This document shows, in pieces, positions 8,822 through 17,988 of a stretch of 64,000 nucleotides of DNA. The notes beneath the pieces are model-generated. The model made no database searches, had not been told where the DNA came from, and saw only the letters and a program-made list of their open reading frames with translations. The DNA lies in NCBI GenBank assembly GCA_041891055.1, contig CP169074.1, positions 672,001 to 736,000 of the forward strand. The letters run 5' to 3'. The translations under genes and the position numbers were made by a program. The stretch is from Halorutilales archaeon Cl-col2-1 (GTDB lineage Archaea; Halobacteriota; Halobacteria; Halobacteriales; Afararchaeaceae). Position 1 is the first letter of the stretch; each line of letters begins with the position of its first letter.

Positions 8822-10075
8822 CTACTGAGTACGTCTTCTGCTGTCCGAAGCGAGAGCGTCGTCGTAGAGCTTGATGAAGAGATCCTCTATCTCTTCCTTC
8901 GAGGGCTTCCTCGGGTTGTTGTCGGGCGATCCCGAGTCGACGGCGTCCTGTGCCATCTTCGGAACGACCTCGACGTACTCGCCGCGGTCGGGTACCTCAC
9001 CGAAGTCGTCGAGGTACGAAGTGAGCTTGATGTCCTCACACAGCTCCATGACTGCGTCGCTTGCCTTCTTAGCCGCTTCCATGTCGGTGTCGTCGTCGTC
9101 CGCCGCTCCCATGATACGTGCTATCTCGGCGTACTTCTCGGGTGCCGCCATCGCGGAGAACTCTATGACGTACGGGAGTATGAGTCCGTTGGCGAGTCCG
9201 TGGGGGATATGTAGCTGTGCTCCGAGGGGACGTGCCATTCCGTGGACGAGTGCGACAGACGAGTTGGTGAAAGCCTGTCCCGCCTGAAGCTGTCCTATCA
9301 TCATGTCGGTACGCGCCTCTATGTCGTCTCCGTTCGCCCACGCCTTTCTGAGCGAGTTCGAGATGCGCTCCATCGCGTTCTCGGCGAAGTTGTCGGGGAC
9401 GCTGTACGACTTGACAGAGACGTACGCCTCTATTGCGTGAGTCAGAGCGTCTATTCCCGTGAACGCGGTGTGGCTCTCGGGGAGCGACATCGTCATCTCG
9501 GGGTCTTCTATAGCGACGTCGGGAACGACGTTCTTCGAGACTATGAGGAACTTCGTAGAAGTCGACTCGTCGGTGACGACGACCGAACGCGTCGCCTCAC
9601 TTCCCGTACCGGCTGTGGTGTTGATCGAGATCGTGGGAGGTGTGGGCTTGGGAACTCCCTCGTATCCCGCCTTGTCGACTCCGAAGTCACGTATCTCGCC
9701 CTCGTTCGAGGCGACAATTCCGATTCCCTTTCCTGTGTCTATCGACGATCCTCCGCCGAGGGTGACTATGACGTCACAGTCCTCTTCCTCCCATACCTCG
9801 TAGCCGTCCTCTATGTTCTCGACAGTCGGATCGGGTCTTACGCCGTCGAAGACAGCGGTCTCGACTCCGGCGTCTTCGAGTATCTCGACGACTTGGTCGC
9901 CGTAGAAGCCGTAGAGATCCTCTGTCGTGACGACAAGAGCCTTGCTTCCGTAGACGTCAGCGTACTCGCCTATCTTCTGTATCGCTCCTCTCCCTATCTC
10001 TATCTTTCCGGGAGAGACGACGAGACGCGTGCCGTTCGACGGATCGGGGTACTTAGTCTGGTCAGGTTCTGCCAT
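8822..10075 (-). CDS. Iron-containing alcohol dehydrogenase
   Basis: GGGSSID, TTAGTGSE, DALTHAIE, and H..A.....HIPHG metal ligands. Confidence 0.92.
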   Translation of the reverse strand: MAEPDQTKYPDPSNGTRLVVSPGKIEIGRGAIQKIGEYADVYGSKALVVTTEDLYGFYGDQVVEILEDAGVETAVFDGVRPDPTVENIEDGYEVWEEEDCDVIVTLGGGSSIDTGKGIGIVASNEGEIRDFGVDKAGYEGVPKPTPPTISINTTAGTGSEATRSVVVTDESTSTKFLIVSKNVVPDVAIEDPEMTMSLPESHTAFTGIDALTHAIEAYVSVKSYSVPDNFAENAMERISNSLRKAWANGDDIEARTDMMIGQLQAGQAFTNSSVALVHGMARPLGAQLHIPHGLANGLILPYVIEFSAMAAPEKYAEIARIMGAADDDDTDMEAAKKASDAVMELCEDIKLTSYLDDFGEVPDRGEYVEVVPKMAQDAVDSGSPDNNPRKPSKEEIEDLFIKLYDDALASDSRRRTQ

Positions 10076-10500
10076 ACAATTGAGTTTTCTTAAGAGAAGT
10101 TTATAACTTATGATAGACGGTTAGGAAAAACAGAACGACAGAACGGGTACTTACCGATGCCACCCCTTTCCACCAGTATAGTACAGCCTATAAGACAGGG
10201 GTCGCGTAAAAATACCTGTCCCTTCTACATAAGATACTACACTAGTAGTCGTACTATACAGCCGCCGTGTCGGGCATCTCGTGTCTCCGTATCAGGTAGA
10301 ACGCGCCCGTCAGAACACCGAGGAGGAGAGCGTACGCTGCAGCTGTGACAAGGGCGTCGGTGGGAGTAGCGTACTTGTCGGCGCGGTATGTGATGATCTT
10401 CCGTCCTATGGCTATCATGCCCGATACGACGACTATACGTATCACAGGCTCGTCTCGGCTGTAAGCTACGACAGTCGTCAACCGCCTCGGGGTCAAGCCC

Positions 10501-10551
10501 CGTCCCGAGAGCTTTGCTCTCGCGGGCTCGCAAATCGAAGATTTGCGAACG
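10501..10551. repeat. Double-hairpin micro-element, copy 1
   Basis: CGT-CCCGAGAGC.TTT.GCTCTCGCGGG-C-TCGCAAATC.GAA.GATTTGCGA-ACG; splits the IS end hairpin GCCTCGGGG..CCCCG/AGGC. Confidence 0.75.
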
Positions 10552-10574
10552 AGGCTTGTCAGTGGACTCCCGCT

Positions 10575-11804
10575 CTATCCGAGCAACTCGGAAGGCGTGT
10601 AATCGCCGTTCGCGTTCAACGTCCCTGACTTGAGGGCCAGTTGACTGGTGGCCCGTCCAGCACCAGACTTGAGCCAGTGCTGAACAAGACGCCACCCAAT
10701 GTTTCGGGCAGCATTATAGTCGGAGTGCAGTTCCTTCCCACACTTCAGGCACTCAAACTCGTCACCATCACGGTTGTCCTCGTGCGTGAATCCGCACTCG
10801 CCGTGACTGCACCGCTGCGACGTGTACTGCGGTGCAACGTCATCCACATCGATACCGTACTCTTCGGCCTTGTATTCGACGTGGCGTTGGAGTTCGCGGA
10901 ACGCCCACTGCTGGAACTTGCTGGCGTTCGAGATGCGTTCGCGGATGTGCGTCAGGTTCTCGAACGCAATCGCCGTGCAGTCGTTCTCCACGGCTTCCTG
11001 CACAATCGCTTTCGAGACGCGGTGGAGGTAGTCCGCACTCCACCGAGCGAACCGTGAGCCGATACTCTTGATGGTGATGTGCGCGGAACGAGTGCCTGTC
11101 TGTTGCAGGTTTCCGCGACGACGTTCATACTCGTCACGCTTGTGGTTGAGATAGTCTGCATTGCCGAGGAACGCTCCCGTGCTGGTGACCGCGAGGTAGC
11201 TGTCCACGTTCAAGTCAACGCCGAGAACCACTCCGTTCTCGGTCGATTCGTCGCTAGAATCAGCGGGTTCGACTTCTTTCTCGACTGCGACGTGGAGGTA
11301 GTACGTGCCGTCACGCTTGTGGAGTGTTGCTTCCTTGCGTTCCCACTCTGGCGTCCAATACTCCGCGAAGGGTGTCCCCGCGTCGTCTTCGGGCGTGACA
11401 AACTCGGCAGTCACGCGGTCGCCAACCGTGGCGAGCGTTACGTGGTCGTCGTGATAGGTGATGGTACGCCCATTGTACACGACAACTGAGCCTCGGAACT
11501 CTGGCTTGCTGGCTTTCTTACCGTCGTCAAGGATGCGGTCTTTGCAGTTGCCGAGTGCGTCGGCGGCGAGGTTTCGGGCAGATTGGACGAGACTGGATTG
11601 TAGATTTGTCTGCTCCCGAACGTCGGTGTAGGTTTGGTCGTGGAGCGTGTTTTTGGTGTCCTCGATTTCTGTAGGGTCGTCACTCCATCCAGCGTCAGCG
11701 ACGTGTTGGGCCGCTTGGCGGAATTGCTCGAACGTCTCCTCGAGAACGCTGTGAGCGTCCTCGGGAACGTCGAGCTTTAGCTGGATGTTGCGGACGACCT
11801 CCAT
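10575..11804 (-). CDS. tnpB: TnpB RNA-guided endonuclease
   Basis: RuvC residues GVDLN, FENL and SDYNAARNI; YTSQRCS..CG / CLKCG zinc ribbon. Confidence 0.95.
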   Translation of the reverse strand: MEVVRNIQLKLDVPEDAHSVLEETFEQFRQAAQHVADAGWSDDPTEIEDTKNTLHDQTYTDVREQTNLQSSLVQSARNLAADALGNCKDRILDDGKKASKPEFRGSVVVYNGRTITYHDDHVTLATVGDRVTAEFVTPEDDAGTPFAEYWTPEWERKEATLHKRDGTYYLHVAVEKEVEPADSSDESTENGVVLGVDLNVDSYLAVTSTGAFLGNADYLNHKRDEYERRRGNLQQTGTRSAHITIKSIGSRFARWSADYLHRVSKAIVQEAVENDCTAIAFENLTHIRERISNASKFQQWAFRELQRHVEYKAEEYGIDVDDVAPQYTSQRCSHGECGFTHEDNRDGDEFECLKCGKELHSDYNAARNIGWRLVQHWLKSGAGRATSQLALKSGTLNANGDYTPSELLG

Positions 11805-11921
11805 ACTTCATTAGTATGCTTGGAGATACTTAAGAGTATTTTTCGGGCGTGGGAGAGTCGGCCTTGCCATCGTGTGTGGTTTGTGTCATCGAGTGTCGGC
11901 TTCCTCCCCGACCTCAAGGAT

Positions 11922-11996
11922 CGTTCGCAAATCTTCGATTTGCGACTGTAGCCAATCAAAGATTGGCATACCCACGAGATCGAAGATCTCGGGATG
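11922..11996. repeat. Double-hairpin micro-element, copy 2 (inverted, with an extra nested hairpin)
   Basis: 11922-11945 is the exact reverse complement of 10528-10551; the second hairpin is homologous with a compensatory change; GCCAATC.AAA.GATTGGC lies between them. Confidence 0.75.
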
Positions 11997-12343
11997 GGGT
12001 ATCCGCCTCGCTATCTCTATGAAGAGGAGGAGCGCTGTGTCTATCAGACCAACGACCTCACGTGCCTCTGTGATACGTCCTGTACGGGCTAGCTCGACTA
12101 TCGAGAGTCCGAAGTCGAAGACACCGACGCCAAACAGAACGACAAGCACCCCCGCGGTTACGAGTTCTAGCCACCTCATTACCTCCTCTAACTTCTCGGC
12201 GAAGGTCGCCTCGTGGAAACGTCGGAGGAGTCTGTCACTCTGCATAGCTTCGGGGCACGTGTAGGTACAGCCGGGTTAAGAAAGCTGTGTGACCAGGGAC
12301 AACGTACTGCAAAGCACAAGAGGTTCGAACGGCTCTCTTCTAC

Positions 12344-13129
12344 ATGGAGAGATTCGGAAACGTAACGAGGAACCCTGAGGAGTGTGAAGAGTTCGATCTG
12401 TGTTTCTATGAGGTCAACGACGTAGTCGGAAGGAGCGAGGAGCCACGGGACGACTGCCACAACATGGTCTCTGTCTTCGGTGACAACGCCGCAGTCGAGG
12501 AGAACCCCGGACTCGCGCCAGTCGACTCCGAGGGGAGACGCGCGGTGCGTGACGACGACCGTTTCGACTGGGACTACGTCTGCCCGACTTCGGAGTACAG
12601 GGACGAGATACTTACGTACATAGAAGACTGTGACGTAGGCGACGGAGTACGTCTCGACACTCTCGGCTTCCCGCGCGAGGACTTCTGCCGGTGTGAGAGA
12701 TGTACCGACGAGTTCGAGGCGTCGAACCTCGACTGGGAGGACTGGCGCGCCTCCGTTATTACAGAGACAGTCGAATCCGCCGCGGATAAGGTATCAGATG
12801 ACACCGACCTCTCGCTCACACTCTACCCTGACCCGTCGGCGGAACATCAGTACGAGAGGTTCGGTCTCGACCTCAAACGCGCCGACGAGATAGTCGACTT
12901 CTACGTCGTCCCAATCTATGACATGCATTATGAGACGACCTACTGGCTCGAGACACTCGCCTGGAACTTCGACGACCTCCTCGACTCGCCCTTCTACGTC
13001 GAACTCTACGCTCCCGTCGAAAAGGAGAGACTTGAGAAGGCGACCGAAGTAAGCTTACCTCACTCCGACGGCGTCCTCTACGCCTACGACGACGAGATGG
13101 CGCGCGATATGGTCGAGGAGCACACCTAG
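12344..13129 (+). CDS. Conserved hypothetical protein (glycoside-hydrolase-like barrel with Cys cluster)
   Basis: Acidic ORF with VCPT, DGVRLD and FCRCERC motifs. Confidence 0.6.
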   Translation: MERFGNVTRNPEECEEFDLCFYEVNDVVGRSEEPRDDCHNMVSVFGDNAAVEENPGLAPVDSEGRRAVRDDDRFDWDYVCPTSEYRDEILTYIEDCDVGDGVRLDTLGFPREDFCRCERCTDEFEASNLDWEDWRASVITETVESAADKVSDDTDLSLTLYPDPSAEHQYERFGLDLKRADEIVDFYVVPIYDMHYETTYWLETLAWNFDDLLDSPFYVELYAPVEKERLEKATEVSLPHSDGVLYAYDDEMARDMVEEHT

Positions 13130-13170
13130 ACTTAGCGAGGATTAATTAAGTCGGCGCGACATCCTGCTTT

Positions 13171-13638
13171 ATGACCGAGTTCACACATATAGAGGACGAC
13201 AGAGCACGTATGGTAGACATCTCCGACAAGGAAGACATCGAAAGGGTATCGGTCGCAAGAGGACGTATAGACCTCCAGACCGAGACTGTCGATGCTATAC
13301 GTGAGGGCGACGTCGAGAAGGGGAATGTCCTCTCTGTCGCACGTGTCGCGGGTATTCAGGCTGTCAAGAGGACGTGGGATAACATACCTATGTGTCATCA
13401 GATACCCATAACGGGTGTTACTGTCGACTTCGAGTTCGACGACAACGGGATTCAGTCAGTCGTCGAGGTCACGACTACGGGGAAGACGGGCGTCGAGATG
13501 GAGGCTCTGAGCGGGGTATCGGCTTCCCTACTTACCGTCTGGGACATGGTCAAGAGCGCCGAGAAGGACGACGAGGGTCAGTACCCCGACACCGCGATAA
13601 ACGACGTGCGTGTTGAGGAGAAGATCAAGAAGAACTGA
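13171..13638 (+). CDS. moaC: Cyclic pyranopterin monophosphate synthase
   Basis: FTH...ARMVDISDK, IPMCHQI, TGVEMEAL, WDMVKS. Confidence 0.96.
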   Translation: MTEFTHIEDDRARMVDISDKEDIERVSVARGRIDLQTETVDAIREGDVEKGNVLSVARVAGIQAVKRTWDNIPMCHQIPITGVTVDFEFDDNGIQSVVEVTTTGKTGVEMEALSGVSASLLTVWDMVKSAEKDDEGQYPDTAINDVRVEEKIKKN

Positions 13639-13924
13639 TCTTGAAGACGGGTTTGTCTATCCTCTCGGTCTTGCAGTCGGGACACCGCGACGGGTAGTTG
13701 ACGGGATCGTCGAAGCCGTCGAAGCCACATTCGCGGCACTCGGGAGGTGCGACCAAGAGTGTCTCGTCGGTCGACCTGAGGGACTTACGTATGTGTTCGA
13801 GGTGGTCGTAGACCTGCGAAGCCGGGATGTCAGTCTCGTCGGAGATCGCGTCAGCTGTCGAGGATTCGCGGCGTAGTATACGGATTATCTTCTCGCGTGT
13901 GGTTGTAGTCTTCGAGTCTTCCAT
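13625..13924 (-). CDS. HTH plus Zn-ribbon transcriptional regulator
   Basis: TTREKII...YDHLEHI, PPECRECGF, PSRCPDCK. Confidence 0.8.
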   Translation of the reverse strand: MEDSKTTTTREKIIRILRRESSTADAISDETDIPASQVYDHLEHIRKSLRSTDETLLVAPPECRECGFDGFDDPVNYPSRCPDCKTERIDKPVFKISSS

Positions 13925-14026
13925 GGTGTATCCGTCTGTCCTGGGTACGTCGTCGTCACGCACAAGTCTTTCTACCTTACTTGTTCAGACGGAAAGTTGA
14001 AGAGACGCCGTCTCCAAGGTCTTAGC

Positions 14027-14773
14027 ATGCAGTCTAACGATCAGATGGCATACGACCGGGGGAGTACCATATTCAGTCCCGATGGTCGTCTCTACCAGGT
14101 CGAGTACGCACGTGAGGCGGTCAAAAGGGGAAGCGTGACTATCGGGGTCAAGACCTCGGAAAGCGTCGTCCTACTCGCAGAGAAACGTATCAACTCTCCG
14201 CTTCTAGTCTCTGAGAGCATAGAGAAGCTCTATGGAGTCGACGAACATATCTCGGTTGCCGCGAGTGGGCACGTCGCCGACGCCCGACGTCTCGTCGACC
14301 TCGCACGTGTCGAGACACAGCGCGACAGATACATGTACGACGAGGCGATGGACGCACGTACACTCGCCAAACAGATAGGAGACCAGATACAGGAGTTCAC
14401 TCAGTACGGCGGAACGCGTCCCTTCGGCTGTGCTCTCCTCGTCGCGGGCGTCACCGAGAACGACGTACAGCTAATAGAGACCGAGCCCTCGGGTGCGATA
14501 ATAGAGTACAAGGCAGCGAGCATAGGTAAGGGGAGGAACGAGGTCGAGGAGATACTCGAAGAGAGATACGAAGAGGAGATGTCAACCGAGGATGGTATAC
14601 GTCTCGCCGTCAAGGCACTGAAGGAGAGCGACGCCGACACAGAGATAGACAAGGTCGAGGCGATGGTAGTCGACACCGACGGCACGAGGAAGCTATCCGA
14701 TGACGACCTGAGACCCTACATAGAGGAGGTAAACGACACCCAAGTATCAGATGACGAGTCGGAAGAGGAGTAA
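14027..14773 (+). CDS. psmA: 20S proteasome alpha subunit
   Basis: YDRGSTIFSPDGRLYQVEYA signature; RPFGCALL. Confidence 0.96.
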   Translation: MQSNDQMAYDRGSTIFSPDGRLYQVEYAREAVKRGSVTIGVKTSESVVLLAEKRINSPLLVSESIEKLYGVDEHISVAASGHVADARRLVDLARVETQRDRYMYDEAMDARTLAKQIGDQIQEFTQYGGTRPFGCALLVAGVTENDVQLIETEPSGAIIEYKAASIGKGRNEVEEILEERYEEEMSTEDGIRLAVKALKESDADTEIDKVEAMVVDTDGTRKLSDDDLRPYIEEVNDTQVSDDESEEE

Positions 14774-14810
14774 GCCATTAGTACGAAGAGGGACTAATAT
14801 TTACGAATAG

Positions 14811-15365
14811 ATGAGTGGCTTGAAAGAGGTTCTCAGAAACAGAAGCTCAAGCAGGATACACGACGAAAAGCTCAAACGGAGTGCAGTAGTCGTCCCTGCG
14901 TACTACGACGACGAACGCGGGGGACACGGGGTTCTTCTGACACGGAGATCCGACGACCTTCCACGCCACGCGGGACAGATCAGCTTTCCCGGGGGACGTA
15001 TGGAGTCCGACGACACGGATCTCGCCGAGACAGCACTCAGGGAGCTTCACGAGGAGGTGGGGATGCCTCCCGAGAAGGTCGATCTTCTCGGAACACTCGA
15101 CGACGTGACCACGACGACAGCTTACTCGATACGTCCGTATGTCGGCTGTATCTCGTATCCCTACAGCTTCGAGGTACAGGAGTCGGAGGTCGCCGAACTG
15201 ATACACGCTCCCGTCTCCGACCTCACACATCCCTCAGTCTACGAGAAGAGGTACAAGAACGGAAGGGACGTCCATTACTTCCATTACGAGGACTACACTA
15301 TCTGGGGCGCGACCGCGAGGATACTCGCCCAGTTCCTCGAACTCGCCTACGACTGGTCGCCTTAG
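14811..15365 (+). CDS. Nudix CoA pyrophosphatase
   Basis: HAGQISFPGG, ALRELHEEVG, IWGATA. Confidence 0.92.
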   Translation: MSGLKEVLRNRSSSRIHDEKLKRSAVVVPAYYDDERGGHGVLLTRRSDDLPRHAGQISFPGGRMESDDTDLAETALRELHEEVGMPPEKVDLLGTLDDVTTTTAYSIRPYVGCISYPYSFEVQESEVAELIHAPVSDLTHPSVYEKRYKNGRDVHYFHYEDYTIWGATARILAQFLELAYDWSP

Positions 15366-15401
15366 CTTTAGCTACCCCGCTGTCTCTGTCTATTACCCCA
15401 T

Positions 15402-16226
15402 CTAACGATCGTTTCTCTGAGTCGTATTATCCACAGCCAGGCATACAGCACCCCCGAGAAGTATTACCCAGAAGCCGAGGTAGAGCCAAGTCAGGAATAC
15501 GAGGACACCCCCAACGGCTCCGTAGGCGGCGTACCCCGACGGCGACGACGAAGCCAGATCGACATAGAAACCGAAGGCTGTTTCGAGAGCTACCCATCCC
15601 AACGACGCGAAGACGGCTCCGGGATAGACGTGTCTCAGACTCACATCGACGGGTGGCAGGAAGTAGTAGAGAGGAAGGAAGACGAAGAACAAGCCCACGA
15701 CTCCGATTAAAGCGATCCCGGTATCCGGGACGTCCAAGACACGTGTCAGCCATCTGAGAGCCGCAGCTGTGACGACCGCGGCTATGACTGAGAAGAGGGC
15801 GGCAGCACTGTCACGAGTCGTCCTGAGAACTGACTTGTGTGTAGTCTTTCGCGCGTAGTCCTCGTACAGAACCCGGAAGGACTTCCTGAGACCCCGGACG
15901 AACTTGAGACTTCCCCATAAGAGACCCACGAGACCGATCAGCCCGACCGTCGGGCTGGTCTCGACCTCGACCGACTGTCTCAGAGTCCGGCGTCCCGACT
16001 CCGAGAGATAGACGCTGACGGATTCTATCGCCGCGATAGCGACTGTCTCAAGTCCGGTAAGACTCCCAACTACGAGAAGGAGTAGAACCAGAGGGAAGAC
16101 AGATACGAAGCCGTAGTAGGCGAGTGCTGCGGCTTGGGTTCCGAGACTCTTACGTCTCGATGTCTCGACTACCTCACGGAGTCGCGATCCCAGTCTCGGT
16201 ATCCGCGTCTTCTCGGGGTCTAACAC
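15402..16226 (-). CDS. YihY/BrkB family membrane protein
   Basis: AAALAYY, YGAVGGVLVFLTWLY. Confidence 0.88.
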   Translation of the reverse strand: MLDPEKTRIPRLGSRLREVVETSRRKSLGTQAAALAYYGFVSVFPLVLLLLVVGSLTGLETVAIAAIESVSVYLSESGRRTLRQSVEVETSPTVGLIGLVGLLWGSLKFVRGLRKSFRVLYEDYARKTTHKSVLRTTRDSAAALFSVIAAVVTAAALRWLTRVLDVPDTGIALIGVVGLFFVFLPLYYFLPPVDVSLRHVYPGAVFASLGWVALETAFGFYVDLASSSPSGYAAYGAVGGVLVFLTWLYLGFWVILLGGAVCLAVDNTTQRNDR

Positions 16227-16258
16227 CCTTCGACGTACAGACTCGTCGATTAAAAGCC

Positions 16259-16441
16259 TTAGCTGAGCGTGTCGAAGTAGCTCAGATACCTTCTGAGAGC
16301 GGTTTCGAGTGCGTCGTCCTCGTCGTCGGCATTACGCCGCGCCTCCGAGTGGAGTTCGATGAAGTAGGGGTCTTCGAGGAGACGTGTCACGTTCTTCTTC
16401 GTCAGAACTCTCCTTCTTCGCTGTTCGAAACACGAATCCAT
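16259..16441 (-). CDS. Small hypothetical protein
   Basis: Short ORF filling the gap in a minus-strand gene run; start uncertain. Confidence 0.3.
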   Translation of the reverse strand: MDSCFEQRRRRVLTKKNVTRLLEDPYFIELHSEARRNADDEDDALETALRRYLSYFDTLS

Positions 16442-16494
16442 CAGAATAACGAAGGTCAATCCCCTAAAATAATCTTACTATTCGTGTCAAGTAG

Positions 16495-17265
16495 TCACAC
16501 GCGACTCACGTGTGACTCGAAGACCTCACGCGACAGACGTGAGTGAACCTCATCGAGAACGTATCTGAGGTTCCGGGTGTCGTACCTGTTGTAACGCACG
16601 AGCTTTTCGAGAGCCTCGTCGTCGCCATCCTCGTACCTGTGCCATAGACGTACAGCGTCAGCACCGTCGACCTCCTCGCTTCCCGGACGTTCGACGCCGA
16701 GTTCGTCCTCTACCTTCTTGAGACCGCCCGACAGAGGCGGGTCGAGACGCCTACACGGGTACATCAGGTCTATGTGAGGAGTCTCAACTTCGAGACCGAA
16801 GCTGTGTTCGAGAAACGGGACGTCGAACCTCTTTCCGTTGAATGTCACAAGAAGGCTCGCCTCCGAGAGACGTCTCTCGATCTCTGACCTCTCGAGGTCT
16901 TCTCCCCTCACGAGTGTCTGTGTCTCATCTCCGACGTGGAAGCTCACAGTCGTGACCCTGTTATCCTCCTTGCTCAGACCCGTCGTCTCTATGTCGAGAA
17001 AACACGTCTCGTCGTCGAAGTTAGGGTAGAGACGCCACCCCTCACCCGACGGGAACGAGTCGCCGAAGAAGGACGAGTCACCCTGGTCGAGTCTGTCGCG
17101 CGCCTCGTCGATGTAGTTGAGGACACGTTCGGCGGTCGTCTCTCCAACGTGACGTAGTCCGCTCTCCTCGAACTCTTCCCATGTTGTCACGCCGTTCTTC
17201 CAGAGCTTTCTCTCTGTCTTCTCTCCGACGCCCCTGACGGGTATGAAGGAGTTCTGTATCCTCAT
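16495..17265 (-). CDS. RNase H-like (YprB-type) exonuclease domain protein
   Basis: FLDIETTGL, TFNGKRFD, YNRYD. Confidence 0.88.
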   Translation of the reverse strand: MRIQNSFIPVRGVGEKTERKLWKNGVTTWEEFEESGLRHVGETTAERVLNYIDEARDRLDQGDSSFFGDSFPSGEGWRLYPNFDDETCFLDIETTGLSKEDNRVTTVSFHVGDETQTLVRGEDLERSEIERRLSEASLLVTFNGKRFDVPFLEHSFGLEVETPHIDLMYPCRRLDPPLSGGLKKVEDELGVERPGSEEVDGADAVRLWHRYEDGDDEALEKLVRYNRYDTRNLRYVLDEVHSRLSREVFESHVSRV

Positions 17266-17942
17266 GTCGCGTCCTCTATCTTGGATACCACGGCGTCTCT
17301 CAGAGACCCGGGGTCGCGCGCCACTTCGTCGGCATTCTCAAGGTGGTCGGGATCGCCGCTCGCCGAGTATCCTATACAGTACGCACCGGATCGTCTCGCC
17401 GACTCTATCCCCGTCTCGGAGTCCTCTACGACTATACAGTCCTCGGGGTCGACGCCGAGTTCGGAAGCGACGTACTCGTATATGTCGGGCTCGGGCTTCC
17501 CCTCGACGTCTATCTCGTCGGCTGAGACCACGACGTCGAACGAATCTTCGAGTTCGAATCTTTCGAGAACCATCTCCACCCACGACGGAAAAGAGGACGT
17601 CGATATCGCTGTCTTGAGACCTCTCTCCCGTATCTCGTTGAGAAGGTAGTCGAATCCGTCTGTGAGAGAGACTTTCTCAGTGTAGATCGCCTCGGCGCGC
17701 GAGTCGTAGAGGTCGAAGTACTCGTCCTCAGTCACAGCCATCTCGTACCCCCTTTCTGAGAGGAGTTCGTACTGGTCGAGGACGTTGATCCCTGTCAGAT
17801 CCTCGGGAGAGACCTCGTCCTTGTCGTCGTCGCAGACGAGAGCTTCCTCGATTATGGTCTCCTTCTCGGGCTCCCAGTAGACCTCCGAGTCGACTATCAC
17901 GCCGTCCATGTCGAATACGACGGCTTCAGATCCGTGTTCCAT
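17262..17942 (-). CDS. HAD-family phosphatase
   Basis: FDMDGVIVDSE, GKPEPDIY, VEDS. Confidence 0.92.
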   Translation of the reverse strand: MEHGSEAVVFDMDGVIVDSEVYWEPEKETIIEEALVCDDDKDEVSPEDLTGINVLDQYELLSERGYEMAVTEDEYFDLYDSRAEAIYTEKVSLTDGFDYLLNEIRERGLKTAISTSSFPSWVEMVLERFELEDSFDVVVSADEIDVEGKPEPDIYEYVASELGVDPEDCIVVEDSETGIESARRSGAYCIGYSASGDPDHLENADEVARDPGSLRDAVVSKIEDAT

Positions 17943-17988
17943 CTCCTACATATCGAGACGTGACGTGAAAAACTGTTTCTGTTCTGTC

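Larger units (their letters stand above)
10477..12018 (-). mobile_element. IS200/IS605-family IS1341-type element (tnpB only)
   Basis: Subterminal hairpins at both ends, TTCAT 5' of the left end (minus strand), right end ...GGTTGAC, no TSD, no tnpA. Confidence 0.8.
10254..12245 (-). pseudogene. PsiE-family membrane protein interrupted by the tnpB element (5' part 12019-12245, 3' part 10254-10476)
   Basis: The N-part (...IDTALLLF) and C-part (TVVAYSRDEPVIRIVVVSGMIAIGRKII...) join in frame when 10477-12018 is removed. Confidence 0.75.

Noticed and set aside
11886-12018. C-terminal part of the 119-aa ORF as real protein
   Set aside because: It is read-through of the psiE-like 5' fragment into the IS left end and hairpin insert.
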